This document shows positions 36,061 to 46,420 of a stretch of 64,000 bases of DNA, piece by piece. Numbering within the stretch: the first letter of the stretch is position 1; the number at the start of each line of letters is the position of its first letter. Position numbers and translations under genes: made by a program. Origin of the DNA: a virus; the IMG/VR virus record IMGVR_UViG_3300027712_001108, positions 64,001-128,000 of that record; one strand, given 5' to 3'. The notes beneath the pieces are model-generated. The model saw only the letters and a list, made by a program, of their open reading frames with translations, was not told where the DNA came from and searched no databases.

Positions 36061-37394
36061 ATTTAGAAGGTATTGTATGGCCGCGTATGTACCAAGGCCC
36101 TAACTTGGTACTAATGGCTATGCTGGCAGAGCTTGATCGTACCATGTGGTTAGATCCTGATGTGATAGAAGCCGAACAGTTTGGTCAGCTTCGTTTGATA
36201 ATAGCGCATCACATGGCGCATAGCCCGCAGTTTGCCGCACGTATGTGTGCTGCGGGGTTAACAGCAACAGAAATTACAGATCCTGTCAGTTTTAGAAAAC
36301 TACCTACTCTGACGCGATTGGACATACAACAAGCAGGCGACAGTTTCTACAGCAGATATATTCCTAAAAGTCACGGACAACCGGGCGAAACTCGCACCAG
36401 TGGTAGCACAGGCGAACCTGTAAGAATACGCAAGACACAGATTGATGCACTGTACTGGACTGCACATGCAATTAGAGATCACTTGTGGGCTCGTAGAGAT
36501 TTTCGTCACAAGCTGTTAAGCATACGTGCTGACATCTTCAAGTACGGCGAGAACCCCAATTGGGGACAGCCTATGTCTGATATATGGCAAACAGGACTTA
36601 GCATAGGCATGCCTGCCACATTCGATATGCGTGAGCAATTAAAAATCATCAAAGAATTCCAGCCTGGTATACTATTGATCTATCCCAACAATCTCAGTAT
36701 TATACTGGACGAAATGGAACTTGATGGTGGTGACTTCAGCTACATCAAACATGTCAAAACCATAGGTGAAACTGTACATCAATGGCAGCGAGATAAGACA
36801 CAGCGTGTTTTGGGATTAAAGATAGAAGACAACTACAGCAGCAATGAAATGGGCTGTATGGCTATACAGTGTCCTACAACTGACAACTATCATGTGATGA
36901 CTGAAACTGTTATAGTAGAAATACTGAATGATGACAACCAACCCTGCGCACCGGGTGAAGTTGGACGTTTGGTAGTTACAGATCTGCATAATCATGCTAG
37001 CCCACTAATACGTTATGATATCGGCGACTGGGCAGAAGCAGGCGAACGCTGTAGCTGCGGACGTGGATTGCCAACTATTAGACGCTTTATAGGTCGTGAA
37101 CACAGCATATTGACTCGACCGGATGGTACACGTATATGGCCTATATTCTATGGTGCCAAAATGAATGACATAGCACCGGTACGTCAATATCAGTTCCGTC
37201 AAAAGACTCTCACCGGCATGGAGTTCCGTTGCTTTACAGAAGAGCCACTAACTGAAGCACAGCGTTCAGGATTGATAGCATTGGTGCAGGATGCACTGGG
37301 CTATCCATATGAAATGGATCTTGTTGAATACAGACAACCTTTGCCAACTACTGGCAGAGGCAAGTTCCAAGAATTTATACGTGAAATTCCCTAA
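36057..37394 (+). CDS. Phenylacetate-CoA ligase-like adenylate-forming enzyme
   Basis: TSGSTGEP, YSSNEMG, PLIRYDIGD and CSCGRG motifs. Confidence 0.85.
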   Translation: MNLEGIVWPRMYQGPNLVLMAMLAELDRTMWLDPDVIEAEQFGQLRLIIAHHMAHSPQFAARMCAAGLTATEITDPVSFRKLPTLTRLDIQQAGDSFYSRYIPKSHGQPGETRTSGSTGEPVRIRKTQIDALYWTAHAIRDHLWARRDFRHKLLSIRADIFKYGENPNWGQPMSDIWQTGLSIGMPATFDMREQLKIIKEFQPGILLIYPNNLSIILDEMELDGGDFSYIKHVKTIGETVHQWQRDKTQRVLGLKIEDNYSSNEMGCMAIQCPTTDNYHVMTETVIVEILNDDNQPCAPGEVGRLVVTDLHNHASPLIRYDIGDWAEAGERCSCGRGLPTIRRFIGREHSILTRPDGTRIWPIFYGAKMNDIAPVRQYQFRQKTLTGMEFRCFTEEPLTEAQRSGLIALVQDALGYPYEMDLVEYRQPLPTTGRGKFQEFIREIP

Positions 37395-37410
37395 TATAGG
37401 CATTAACTCC

Positions 37411-37764
37411 ATGAGCGAACTAAAACAGATGATTGTCATGCGCAAGGATCTAAACATGCGCAAAGGCAAGATGGTGGCACAGGGTGCGCATGCCAGCATG
37501 AAAGCACTGCTGGAAAACATGGAGCACCCTAGCATCAAGCAATGGTTAAGCGGCCCGTTTGCCAAAATTGCTGTAACTGTGGACAGCGAAGAAGAACTGT
37601 TTGCAGTGATGAATAACGCCAAAGCAGCAGGATTGATTACCACCCTGATTACAGATGCAGGACGCACTGAGTTTAACGGTGTGGCAACCAATACCTGCAT
37701 TGCAGTAGGACCTGCATCCAATGAAGACCTTGCACCTATCACCGGACATCTAAAACTGCTGTGA
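37411..37764 (+). CDS. pth2: Peptidyl-tRNA hydrolase, Pth2 type
   Basis: RKDLNMRKGKMVAQGAHA, DAGRTEF and TCIAVGP motifs. Confidence 0.9.
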   Translation: MSELKQMIVMRKDLNMRKGKMVAQGAHASMKALLENMEHPSIKQWLSGPFAKIAVTVDSEEELFAVMNNAKAAGLITTLITDAGRTEFNGVATNTCIAVGPASNEDLAPITGHLKLL

Positions 37765-37827
37765 ATTAACGGTTGCATTTTCTACAATTGTATGTTACAG
37801 TGACTATGCGAAAAAAGGTTTGTAGTA

Positions 37828-38002
37828 GCGGTTGGTAATCCTGAAACCCTGAGACAAGTGAGGTGAGAACGCCCGTCTCACACACCAGCAATGGTAAAGT
37901 AGCGCAAGCGAAGAGATGCAGGAATCCTGTCTGTATGGCAGGTTGAAAACTGGGAACCTGCCACTTGTCAATACCCATTAAGATCGGCAGTAGGCCAACC
38001 AC
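37828..38002 (+). ncRNA. Unclassified structured RNA / 5' leader
   Basis: GGTTGGT/GCCAACC closure, GACAAGTG/CACTTGTC, GGCAGGTT/AACCTGCC. Confidence 0.45.
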
Positions 38003-38023
38003 ATTAACCACAAGGCACGCAAA

Positions 38024-38581
38024 ATGAATAGATATAAAGAATCCTTCAACGTAGGCGATATTGTAATTGCTGTAAATGGCAAAAGACCCTACCGTGTTAC
38101 CAGCATATGGGGCAATCGTGTAGAAGGTCGTTATCTACACAGCGAGAATCCTGCAAGGTTTACACAAGGCCAGGTAAAACACTACGATGAAAACGAAAAA
38201 TCTCAAAAAGACAAGGGGAAAGAAATGAGTCAATCCATTTACCAAGTAACGCTAGAAGATGGTACTACTACATTCGGTACCAAAGCCGGTGCAACTGCAC
38301 AAGGCAAAATCCTTATTGAAGAAAAAGGCACTGGCAAAATTATTATTGTAGACGAGGCTATGCTCGAAGAACAACTGCCTTACACGTTTGCAGTTCGTAC
38401 TCAAGGCAACACTCAACACTACATCGGCAAGCCAGGCGCTGTTGAAAAAGGCGACATCGTTATCGTAATGGATGGCGGCGTTGACAAGTTTACAGTGGGT
38501 ATGGTGTCTGCTGTTGACACTAAGAACAAAACTGCTACAAAGCCGTTCAATGGCCGCAAGCTGATTACTGAAGCTATCTAA
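38024..38581 (+). CDS. Hypothetical protein
   Basis: ORF track; possible internal start at MSQSI. Confidence 0.7.
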   Translation: MNRYKESFNVGDIVIAVNGKRPYRVTSIWGNRVEGRYLHSENPARFTQGQVKHYDENEKSQKDKGKEMSQSIYQVTLEDGTTTFGTKAGATAQGKILIEEKGTGKIIIVDEAMLEEQLPYTFAVRTQGNTQHYIGKPGAVEKGDIVIVMDGGVDKFTVGMVSAVDTKNKTATKPFNGRKLITEAI

Positions 38582-38599
38582 CACAACAAGGATCAAACT

Positions 38600-38860
38600 A
38601 TGAACAGCGAACAAGAACACAAAGTTGTCTTTGCACCCGGCTGCTTTGATGATTTTGAAGGTACACAAGAAGAACTCGATGCATTTATGGCAGAGATTTT
38701 AGAAATGCTAAAATCTGAAGACATTCGAGAACATGCATCAACGGATGGCAATATCATTGCAATCCCACATGTGTATGACAACGAAGATGAGGACGATGTG
38801 GCAGCAGTAGAAGCATACACTGCACAGCTAAATGCAGCAAGAAAGCGTATGCTCAACTAA
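38600..38860 (+). CDS. Acidic hypothetical protein
   Basis: AAGGA SD. Confidence 0.7.
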   Translation: MNSEQEHKVVFAPGCFDDFEGTQEELDAFMAEILEMLKSEDIREHASTDGNIIAIPHVYDNEDEDDVAAVEAYTAQLNAARKRMLN

Positions 38861-38868
38861 ATAGTTTC

Positions 38869-39015
38869 ATGAGATTACATGAAATTGCAAAAAAGCCGCA
38901 GACTATAAAATCTGCAACCACAAAAAGTGGCATGATCAACCGCAAAAAAGCCAATGCTGCGGTTGATCCTCACGGCTATTTTAAATCAACCAGCGCATAC
39001 AAGAACGTGCGCTAA
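38869..39015 (+). CDS. Small basic late protein (MRLHEI leader), not in ORF track
   Basis: CTAAATA upstream, 48 aa. Confidence 0.5.
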   Translation: MRLHEIAKKPQTIKSATTKSGMINRKKANAAVDPHGYFKSTSAYKNVR

Positions 39016-39020
39016 CGCAA

Positions 39021-39305
39021 TTATAGCATTGGATCGTCTAACCAACGTATAATTGCAAACTTCAACATAGATACAGCACGTTCGGGTGTAAGGTTGAACC
39101 ATTCACCTTTCAATCGCAAGTATCCCAACTCTGTATGCAGCTTCTTTTCTAGTATACGCACACGATGTTCTGGCACAGGTTCTGTGTGATGAATCTTTAA
39201 CGGTGCAGGATTGCCTGTTTGCAGTGTAGACAAGCGTTTAGCAACATCTTTGCTAAAGCCTATCTTCTGTCTGTCAGTGTCTGTTCCAATGATATACAAA
39301 TACAT
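39021..39305 (-). CDS. GIY-YIG (T5orf172/MUG113-like) protein
   Basis: YLYIIG, KIGFS..RL..LQTGNP, E..LH and GEWF motifs. Confidence 0.85.
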   Translation of the reverse strand: MYLYIIGTDTDRQKIGFSKDVAKRLSTLQTGNPAPLKIHHTEPVPEHRVRILEKKLHTELGYLRLKGEWFNLTPERAVSMLKFAIIRWLDDPML

Positions 39306-39418
39306 GAAGATACTTAGTTGCAATTTTGCACAGATAGTCAACTATTTCTGCTTGACACTGCTCAACGACTTGTTTATACACAGCACAACGAACACACAGA
39401 CATCGAAAGGACTATCTT

Positions 39419-40402
39419 ATGCAAGACGTTACTATTATGGCAGGCAGCTACCGCAATCAATCTCTTAACGACGTGCGCTGCATGTTGGTGCAGCCTATTA
39501 AGATGGGTAGCCGCGGATGGTACGGCAACTTCCAAGTGCCTGGCTTGGGCAGCATTCGTGTGCAATTGCCCAACGAATCCAGTTTGACCTATCACGGCAC
39601 ACTGAAGTCGCCAGAGTTGGTTGCAGCAGAAGAAATTACCGACGAACAAATTGCCAAGCGTATTGAGGATCGTTTCAAAATCCTTGATGAAATTACCGCA
39701 GGTGTTGCATCTGACACTGTGCGCAGTTTGATTGTCAGCGGTGCACCCGGCATGGGTAAGAGCGTTGGTATCCAGAACATCTTGGATCGCGAAATGTCGT
39801 TGAACGGCATTGAATACAACAAGATCAGCGGTAGCATTGTCAGTGCGTTTCAACTGTATCAAGTGTTGTTTGACAATGCAGAGCCCAACAGCGTGTTGAT
39901 TTTGGATGACTGCGACAGCCTGCTGTTTGACTCGGACTGTGTTAACTTGCTGAAAGCTGCGCTGGAAAGCGGCGACCGTCCTCGTATGGTCAGCTATAAC
40001 AGCGAAAGCGTTGTTAAACTGGGCATGCCTAAAACGTTTGAATTCAATGGGCGTGTGATTTTTATCACCAACTTGGACTTCCAACAGATCATTGACAAGG
40101 ATCGCGGCGCTGCTAAACACATCTCTGCACTGGTTGACCGTAGCTTGTATTTGGATCTTAGCATGCACACCCGTCGTGAGATTTGGTGCAGGGTTGAGAC
40201 CATGGTTCGCCGGCATCGCATGCTTAAATCGTTTTACTTTGACGAGCACGTCATTGACATGCTGTTGGAATACATCAAAGAACGCCGCGATGACTTCCGT
40301 CGGCTCAGCTTGCGGACTGTGGTTCAGCTGGCACAGTTTGCTAAAACCAGCCCCGACGGTTGGCGCCGAATGAGCGAAGCATTCCAGATCCGGCCGCGCT
40401 AA
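39419..40402 (+). CDS. P-loop/AAA ATPase
   Basis: GAPGMGKS, LILDDCD and FITN motifs. Confidence 0.85.
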   Translation: MQDVTIMAGSYRNQSLNDVRCMLVQPIKMGSRGWYGNFQVPGLGSIRVQLPNESSLTYHGTLKSPELVAAEEITDEQIAKRIEDRFKILDEITAGVASDTVRSLIVSGAPGMGKSVGIQNILDREMSLNGIEYNKISGSIVSAFQLYQVLFDNAEPNSVLILDDCDSLLFDSDCVNLLKAALESGDRPRMVSYNSESVVKLGMPKTFEFNGRVIFITNLDFQQIIDKDRGAAKHISALVDRSLYLDLSMHTRREIWCRVETMVRRHRMLKSFYFDEHVIDMLLEYIKERRDDFRRLSLRTVVQLAQFAKTSPDGWRRMSEAFQIRPR

Positions 40403-40644
40403 TGGCAACCAAGTTAAGAACAATTGAGGAAACAATACGTTTGTTTCCTCATCATGTGCGGATTAAACCTGTAAAGGTCGCTGGCGGCAGACGTTCGCAA
40501 ATGCGCGAGTGGCTGTCTGAACAGCAAATACGAGTACATCACTTATACGGCGATGCAGCAGATGTATATTGGGATACAGGTTGGGTCAACTTCTATTTCA
40601 AGCATGATACACAAGCAATGCTGTTCAAATTGAAGTGGTTATAA
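40402..40644 (+). CDS. Hypothetical protein
   Basis: TAATG overlap; FYFK..AMLFKLKW C-terminus. Confidence 0.65.
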   Translation: MATKLRTIEETIRLFPHHVRIKPVKVAGGRRSQMREWLSEQQIRVHHLYGDAADVYWDTGWVNFYFKHDTQAMLFKLKWL

Positions 40645-40671
40645 ACCTATGGCATATCAATGGAGTCGCAA

Positions 40672-41331
40672 ATGTCAGATGTTGAACTAGTAATGCAGCC
40701 AGCTAGATACTGGCGTATCAAGTTGTATGGTTATGGCGGTGAATTGGTATTTGGTACCAGTTCCAAAGAAGAAATGGAATACTGGGAAAGTGAACAAGCT
40801 CGTATTGACACCGACTGCCCCGAAGATGAAACTCCATTTGAACATTATATGTGGGAACAGGACAGCGAAGGTGCAGATTTTCCTAATGTACCAGAGAAGT
40901 TTCGCAGAGACGGTGGGTGGTATGACCAAGATGATCTGGCCCATTCGAATGGAGTAGAGTATTCTGCTGCCTACATTGCCATTGAAGAAGTAGAAAGTGC
41001 AACCTGGGATGCAGAAGCTATCAGAGAAGTGATTGAAGATGCAAGTCTGCCCGACTTTGTTGCAGCCAATTCAATCTCTGTAGGATCAGAAGAGTTCTAC
41101 CCCGATGTTACTCACGTGTTCTGCGGCACCAGCGACGAAAAAGGCATGTTTTTCGAAGGTATTTTTGAAACACATGGTCCACTGGATTTATTCAAACTCA
41201 GCTTTAAGACCACTGAATTTCCCAATGGATATGAAATTGTCGATTGGGTACAGTACGATGGTGCTGATATCGAAAGTTATAATAGCGATACCAACGGTAA
41301 AAGCATGGATATTGGTTTTATCGAACTATAA
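40672..41331 (+). CDS. Acidic hypothetical protein
   Basis: GGAG SD. Confidence 0.75.
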   Translation: MSDVELVMQPARYWRIKLYGYGGELVFGTSSKEEMEYWESEQARIDTDCPEDETPFEHYMWEQDSEGADFPNVPEKFRRDGGWYDQDDLAHSNGVEYSAAYIAIEEVESATWDAEAIREVIEDASLPDFVAANSISVGSEEFYPDVTHVFCGTSDEKGMFFEGIFETHGPLDLFKLSFKTTEFPNGYEIVDWVQYDGADIESYNSDTNGKSMDIGFIEL

Positions 41332-41504
41332 AAACAAAGGGTTATCTATCAACTTTGCCGCAGCATACACCTAGTGTGCTGCGGCTTTTCAATGACCAAT
41401 TTTCAACGATTGCGGGCAATGCATAGCAGTTATGCAATTGCAGCAATTGCTTTTTGCACCGCAGCATGCTATATAGTATGTACACAGAGAGAAGGGAAAA
41501 CATC

Positions 41505-41729
41505 ATGTTTATTACTATGATCACACGAATCATTACCGACGCTATACACGCAATTGCAGTGTATAAGATGAAACAACGCACTATCAAAGAGCTTAATATG
41601 CTGTCAGACAGGGATCTGTTGGATATTGGCATCACTCGTTATGACATTGCTGATATTGCAAAATACGATGCCAGTATGAAAATGTTTGCCAAAAGCAATG
41701 TATCTAGCTGGAATGTTGAAAATGCCTAA
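41505..41729 (+). CDS. DUF1127 (YjiS-like) small protein
   Basis: RTIKELNMLSDRDLLDIGITR motif. Confidence 0.8.
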   Translation: MFITMITRIITDAIHAIAVYKMKQRTIKELNMLSDRDLLDIGITRYDIADIAKYDASMKMFAKSNVSSWNVENA

Positions 41730-41904
41730 CAAATTTTTAACAATGATCATGGGTTTAAAGAATTTATTTAAACCTGATCCCTATCGTGAATATACCATGG
41801 AACAGCGTAGGTTGAATCGGTATCTCAGTCAGGCCACTGACAGATACCATTTAGAACAACTGGAACGCGAATACATGAAAGACCATAAAACAGCTTGGCG
41901 CTAA
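41722..41904 (+). CDS. Small protein, DUF3563-like
   Basis: RYLSQATDRYHLEQLER motif. Confidence 0.55.
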   Translation: MPNKFLTMIMGLKNLFKPDPYREYTMEQRRLNRYLSQATDRYHLEQLEREYMKDHKTAWR

Positions 41905-42155
41905 TCTAGCGCCAACTGCTGCAACGGAGAATATTATGTGCCACTGGCCTTACACAGATGAAGAATTAGATTTCATCAATGGGAAAAAACGTTAATCTGT
42001 TGTTATGTTACAATTATGCAACATATCGTGTTGCAAATTAAACATAACTTATACAGTAAGAGTTGACATTACCCGATAAATTATGTAATATATACATACG
42101 AAAAGAACGCAAAGTCGACTCACGTTCTTATATGTATCAAACAAAGGAAAATCAA

Positions 42156-42713
42156 ATGAAAAAGACTATTTTTGCACTGGCAGCTATTGCGGCACTTGCT
42201 GGAACTGCTGCGGTTGCTAACACTACAGTTGCGCTGACTTACGGCCAGGATTATACTGCGGCTGGCTTCGGTGAGAAGACCAGCGAAACTACTGGTATTG
42301 CTATTTCGCAGTCATACGGTGATTACAAAGTTGGCGTTTCTTACAGCGGCAACACCGATGCACAAAATCTAGAAGCAACTATTGGACATCGATTCGCACT
42401 TAACGATCAAGTAAGCGTGGGTGCTAAACTTGGTTTGGGTGAACGTTTTGACACTGCTGATTTTGCATACTACACACTGAGCGGCGATGTAGGTGTTAAA
42501 GTCAACGACAAGCTGACTTGGACTGCAATCAACTATCGCTATCGCAATGCATTTGACACTGCGAACGATTACGAATCCCATCGTGTAGGCACTGGTGTTA
42601 GCTATGCACTGACTGATGCGGTTGCAGTCAATGCAACTGTTTATCGCAAATTCGATAACAACTTCGATGCCACTGGCAACACTGCTGAAATTGGTCTTGC
42701 ATACCGATTCTAA
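42156..42713 (+). CDS. Outer-membrane beta-barrel/porin-like protein
   Basis: Signal peptide, alternating beta pattern, C-terminal GLAYRF; terminator at ~42736-42772. Confidence 0.8.
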   Translation: MKKTIFALAAIAALAGTAAVANTTVALTYGQDYTAAGFGEKTSETTGIAISQSYGDYKVGVSYSGNTDAQNLEATIGHRFALNDQVSVGAKLGLGERFDTADFAYYTLSGDVGVKVNDKLTWTAINYRYRNAFDTANDYESHRVGTGVSYALTDAVAVNATVYRKFDNNFDATGNTAEIGLAYRF

Positions 42714-42833
42714 TAGTTTAAACTCGCTCCTTTACAAAAGACCCTGGGTGTAAAAACTCAGGGTTTCTTTTTGACTATTGACGACTCTTATAACCTCTGC
42801 TATTATTACAGTATGATAATATGGAGAACGGCA

Positions 42834-43043
42834 ATGAATCGTGTGATTGATGTTGTAGCGTATATGGCACCTGCTGTATTCGTTGTGTTTTTGCTATATG
42901 ATATTGTTGCATATCAAGAACATCTGGCGATAGATGTCATTGGACTGGGCGGATGGCTCAGCTATGTATATGAACGCAGAGACAATACAGTGTTGAAACT
43001 GCGTATGATAAAACTGATTAATGAGGTAACAAAAAAAGCATAA
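42834..43043 (+). CDS. Small membrane protein
   Basis: GGAG SD, hydrophobic segments. Confidence 0.6.
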   Translation: MNRVIDVVAYMAPAVFVVFLLYDIVAYQEHLAIDVIGLGGWLSYVYERRDNTVLKLRMIKLINEVTKKA

Positions 43044-43120
43044 TGCTTGACATAATCACAAACCCTGCTAAGGACATTTGGTTCATCAGCGACACACATT
43101 TTGGCCATTATACTAAATAA
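43043..43120 (+). pseudogene. Orphaned 5' fragment of the metallophosphoesterase (MLDIITNPAKDIWFISDTHFGH)
   Basis: DxH motif I followed by a stop inside the late promoter of the endonuclease. Confidence 0.8.
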
Positions 43121-43149
43121 AATACAGATTGTATTTTATAAGGAATATC

Positions 43150-44001
43150 ATGCCTAAAATTAAATTTGAATGTGCAACATGTGGTAATCAAGGTGAAAAA
43201 TATAAATCACAGTTAAAAAATAAAAACTATTGTTCATCTCAATGTGGTAATAAAGCTAAATCATTAAAAGGCCCTTTAAACGGTAACTATGGTAAAAACT
43301 GGTCATATGATCAAAAATTAAAACAATCGATTTTAATAAAATCTAAAGTGGATGATGATTATAGATCCGCAGCAGGAAGTGCAAATAAAGGCAAACACTT
43401 TTCACAAGAACGGATTGCAGCAATGCATTCCCACAGAAGTCCCGATAGTTACAGGCATTACCCATCTGAAGAAGTACGAATTAAAATAGGTATAAAATCC
43501 GCTGAAAAATTCAACGAACAATATAACATAAATTTTCGTAATATAATGGAAACATCAGGACATTGGATTCCATTAGAAAATGTTTCAGACTATAATCTAT
43601 ATAAAAAAGAAGCCCATTGGATAAGTCATATGTGGGATTTAATTGTAGATATCAACCAAGTAACTCTGCTGAATACACATAAAGTATTTCATCCTATTAA
43701 TAACAAAACAGGTTGTGTACGAGATCATATGTATTCTAAATTAGACGGGTTTAATGCAGGTGTACCACCTGAAATATTACGTCATCCTGCTAATTGCATG
43801 ATAATAACACATAGTCAAAATGCTAGTAAAGGGCACCATTCATTGATATCCATTGACAAACTGTTTGAATTAATACACAGTTATACTGGTAATTGGAACG
43901 AACATACAATTGCGTTAAATAAAATTAACAATTACAACAACGGATTTAGATGGTCTAAATCCTATTATATAAACAAAATGAAAGGAGGTTGTCATGGATA
44001 A
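43150..44001 (+). CDS. Putative homing endonuclease (DH..S/HPANC family, NUMOD-like)
   Basis: AT-rich, CATC..YCSSQC, RDHMYS..HPANC, own late promoter. Confidence 0.75.
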   Translation: MPKIKFECATCGNQGEKYKSQLKNKNYCSSQCGNKAKSLKGPLNGNYGKNWSYDQKLKQSILIKSKVDDDYRSAAGSANKGKHFSQERIAAMHSHRSPDSYRHYPSEEVRIKIGIKSAEKFNEQYNINFRNIMETSGHWIPLENVSDYNLYKKEAHWISHMWDLIVDINQVTLLNTHKVFHPINNKTGCVRDHMYSKLDGFNAGVPPEILRHPANCMIITHSQNASKGHHSLISIDKLFELIHSYTGNWNEHTIALNKINNYNNGFRWSKSYYINKMKGGCHG

Positions 44002-44537
44002 AAATATTTGGTTTATCAGTGACACACACTTTTGGCCACGCCAATTTTCTTAACTTCAAACACACAGACGGAGAATATATTCGCAAGTTTGACAACGTTC
44101 AAGCCATGGACGACTGCATGACTACTCATTGGAATGAAAATATCAAGCCGGGTGATAAAGTATATCACCTCGGTGATGTTGCAATGGGCGGCCCTGCTGT
44201 AGTCAAAAGCATAGGTAGGCTCAATGGACATAAACGTCTCATTGTTGGCAATCACGATGTACTCAAAGGCGAACTGCTGAATCAATTCCACAAAATTTCA
44301 ATGTGGCGTGTATTCCGCGAACATGACTTTATTTGCAGCCATGTGCCGTTGCGTGAAGATTCAATGATGACCACGTTCAATCTGCATGGTCATATACACA
44401 AACATCCTAGCCCTAGCAATCGGCATATGAACATCTGTGTGGAACATCATGACTACAAGCCTGTGCATTTGGATACAATCCTTGCAGAACTGGCACGGCG
44501 CAAGTCAACGATTGGAGAAATTCCTCGTGCGTATTGA
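43994..44537 (+). CDS. Calcineurin-like metallophosphoesterase (apparent +1 frameshift at 44030)
   Basis: AGGAGG-ATG, WFISDTH | FGH, HLGD, GNHD and HGHIH motifs. Confidence 0.8.
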
Positions 44538-44840
44538 GTTGTTAATCAGATCGGGCAAGTTGGTTGCACGGCTGATCGACAGTAGCTTTAGACCCAACGA
44601 TGTAGTAAGTGAAAGCAGCATAGATTTAAAAGATCTTGCTGCTGCATTGCCACAACACACACTTGCACCCACTATAGACGGGGACATGTATGTGCATTCG
44701 CCGCATAAAACAAGTCCGCAAGTGATAACCAGAGAAGAAAACGAAGCACAGGTATTGGCTGAACGAAAAAACACAGATACCCGTTGACAACGGCATTATA
44801 TATGTTATTGTGCAGTTGTAGATAGCAACAGGAGACAGAC

Positions 44841-45281
44841 ATGAGCAAGGTAATTGTATTCGACATCGATGGAACCATTGCTGACATGGAGCACCGTCGG
44901 CATTGGGTTGCAACTAAACCCAAGAACTGGCCCGCATTCAATGCAGGCATGGCACGCGATACTGTGCATAAAGACATTGCTGGCCTCATGGACATGTTTG
45001 CTGACCTGGATTACACTATCCTGCTGTGCAGCGGCCGTGGCGAAGAATCTCGTGCAGTTACCGAGCAGTGGCTGGCAGATAACGACCTGCCTTACCGGCA
45101 ACTGTACATGCGCGGTCTGCAAGACTATCGCCAGGACAGCATTGTCAAAGTAGAACTGCTGGCACAGATCCGTGTTCAGCATGGCAATCCTTGGCTGTGG
45201 TTTGACGATCGTAACCAAGTCGTAGATGCGATCCGTGCAGAAGGCGTTCGTGTTCTGCAAGTAGCCCCCGGAAACTTTTAA
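44841..45281 (+). CDS. HAD phosphatase resembling the polynucleotide kinase 3'-phosphatase domain
   Basis: FDIDGT, SGR, LYMR..D.R.D..VK and FDDR motifs. Confidence 0.85.
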   Translation: MSKVIVFDIDGTIADMEHRRHWVATKPKNWPAFNAGMARDTVHKDIAGLMDMFADLDYTILLCSGRGEESRAVTEQWLADNDLPYRQLYMRGLQDYRQDSIVKVELLAQIRVQHGNPWLWFDDRNQVVDAIRAEGVRVLQVAPGNF

Positions 45282-45659
45282 ATGACTTACAAAATGTTTC
45301 TGGACGACGAGCGTGTACCCAATTTCCTTGGCCTCAAGGGATATGACTATCCCACCAAAGGAAATTGGGTCATCGTGCGCAGCATGCAAGCTGCCATTGA
45401 CTGCATCAAGGAAAACGGCATCCCGTTCTTCATTGCATTCGACCATGATTTGGAAGATGCGCACTATGATGGCAAGGAAGGTCACGAACGTACTGGCTAT
45501 GAGTTTGCCAAATGGTTCTGGGATTATGTTTTGGACAACAACATTGTGTTGCCTGACAACTTTGATTGGGTTGTTCACAGTATGAATCCCACTGGTGCAG
45601 AAAACATACGCCGTTATATGGCAAACTATATGCGTCATTACAAGAGCGAACACCCGTGA
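45282..45659 (+). CDS. Cyclic-phosphate-processing receiver-like domain protein
   Basis: FLDDER, FDHDL, TGY and HSMNP.G motifs. Confidence 0.75.
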   Translation: MTYKMFLDDERVPNFLGLKGYDYPTKGNWVIVRSMQAAIDCIKENGIPFFIAFDHDLEDAHYDGKEGHERTGYEFAKWFWDYVLDNNIVLPDNFDWVVHSMNPTGAENIRRYMANYMRHYKSEHP

Positions 45660-45915
45660 AGCTGTCAGAACGAAATCAAGACAGACTACAACTACTAAAA
45701 CTCTGGGTCCGACTACATTCGTATCATACGTCTGGCGTGTTGACACTTACATATTTGGACCCAGAGTACCCTGCTTGGTTCAAAGCAGCAGTGGAAGAAT
45801 ATATCACAGCGTTAGAACAATATAAAGACAAATATTCTAAAAAATCCCGTTGACACTGTCTGCTGTGATGTTATTGTCACTGTACAGAGACACACAATAC
45901 ACGCTGGAGCACACT

Positions 45916-46329
45916 ATGTCTTACACGTTTGACGCCAACATTGTTTCCGACTTGCACAAAGATGCATACGGTTATCGTCCTACCAGCGTGTTCTGGATCG
46001 ACTGGAACAACGGCTCCGATAGCTACAAACAGAAAATGTGGGACTACTTGCTTGAAGATCTCGATGCCGAACTGGCTCGCGAGCGTGACGAGCAAGCGTT
46101 GGCTGTGTTCAGCTATGAAACACAGATCGCAAATAACATTGCTCTAGGCGCAGCAGACCGTGCTACTGCTATCCGTTGGATGATGCAGTCCATGGAACTC
46201 GGCGAGAATGATCTCTACTACGGCGGCTCGTTGGTTTGCTACAAGTTGGGCTTGCCTTACCACATGGAGACTGAGTTCGACGACATCTGCAAGCAGATGC
46301 TTGCTGCCTTTCAAAAAGAAGCAGCATGA
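45916..46329 (+). CDS. Hypothetical early protein
   Basis: TTGACA promoter, GGAG SD, SDLHKDAYGYRP motif. Confidence 0.75.
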   Translation: MSYTFDANIVSDLHKDAYGYRPTSVFWIDWNNGSDSYKQKMWDYLLEDLDAELARERDEQALAVFSYETQIANNIALGAADRATAIRWMMQSMELGENDLYYGGSLVCYKLGLPYHMETEFDDICKQMLAAFQKEAA

Positions 46330-46420
46330 AAACATTGACAGCGAGCATGACTACTGCTATGCTCACTGAGTTAAACAAAATACGAACACACACTTATCAT
46401 ACAAGCACACAGAGGCAACA

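Noticed and set aside
39374-40435. 353-aa minus-strand ORF and similar antisense ORFs (44805, 52915, 54788)
   Set aside because: Shadows of well-supported plus-strand genes.
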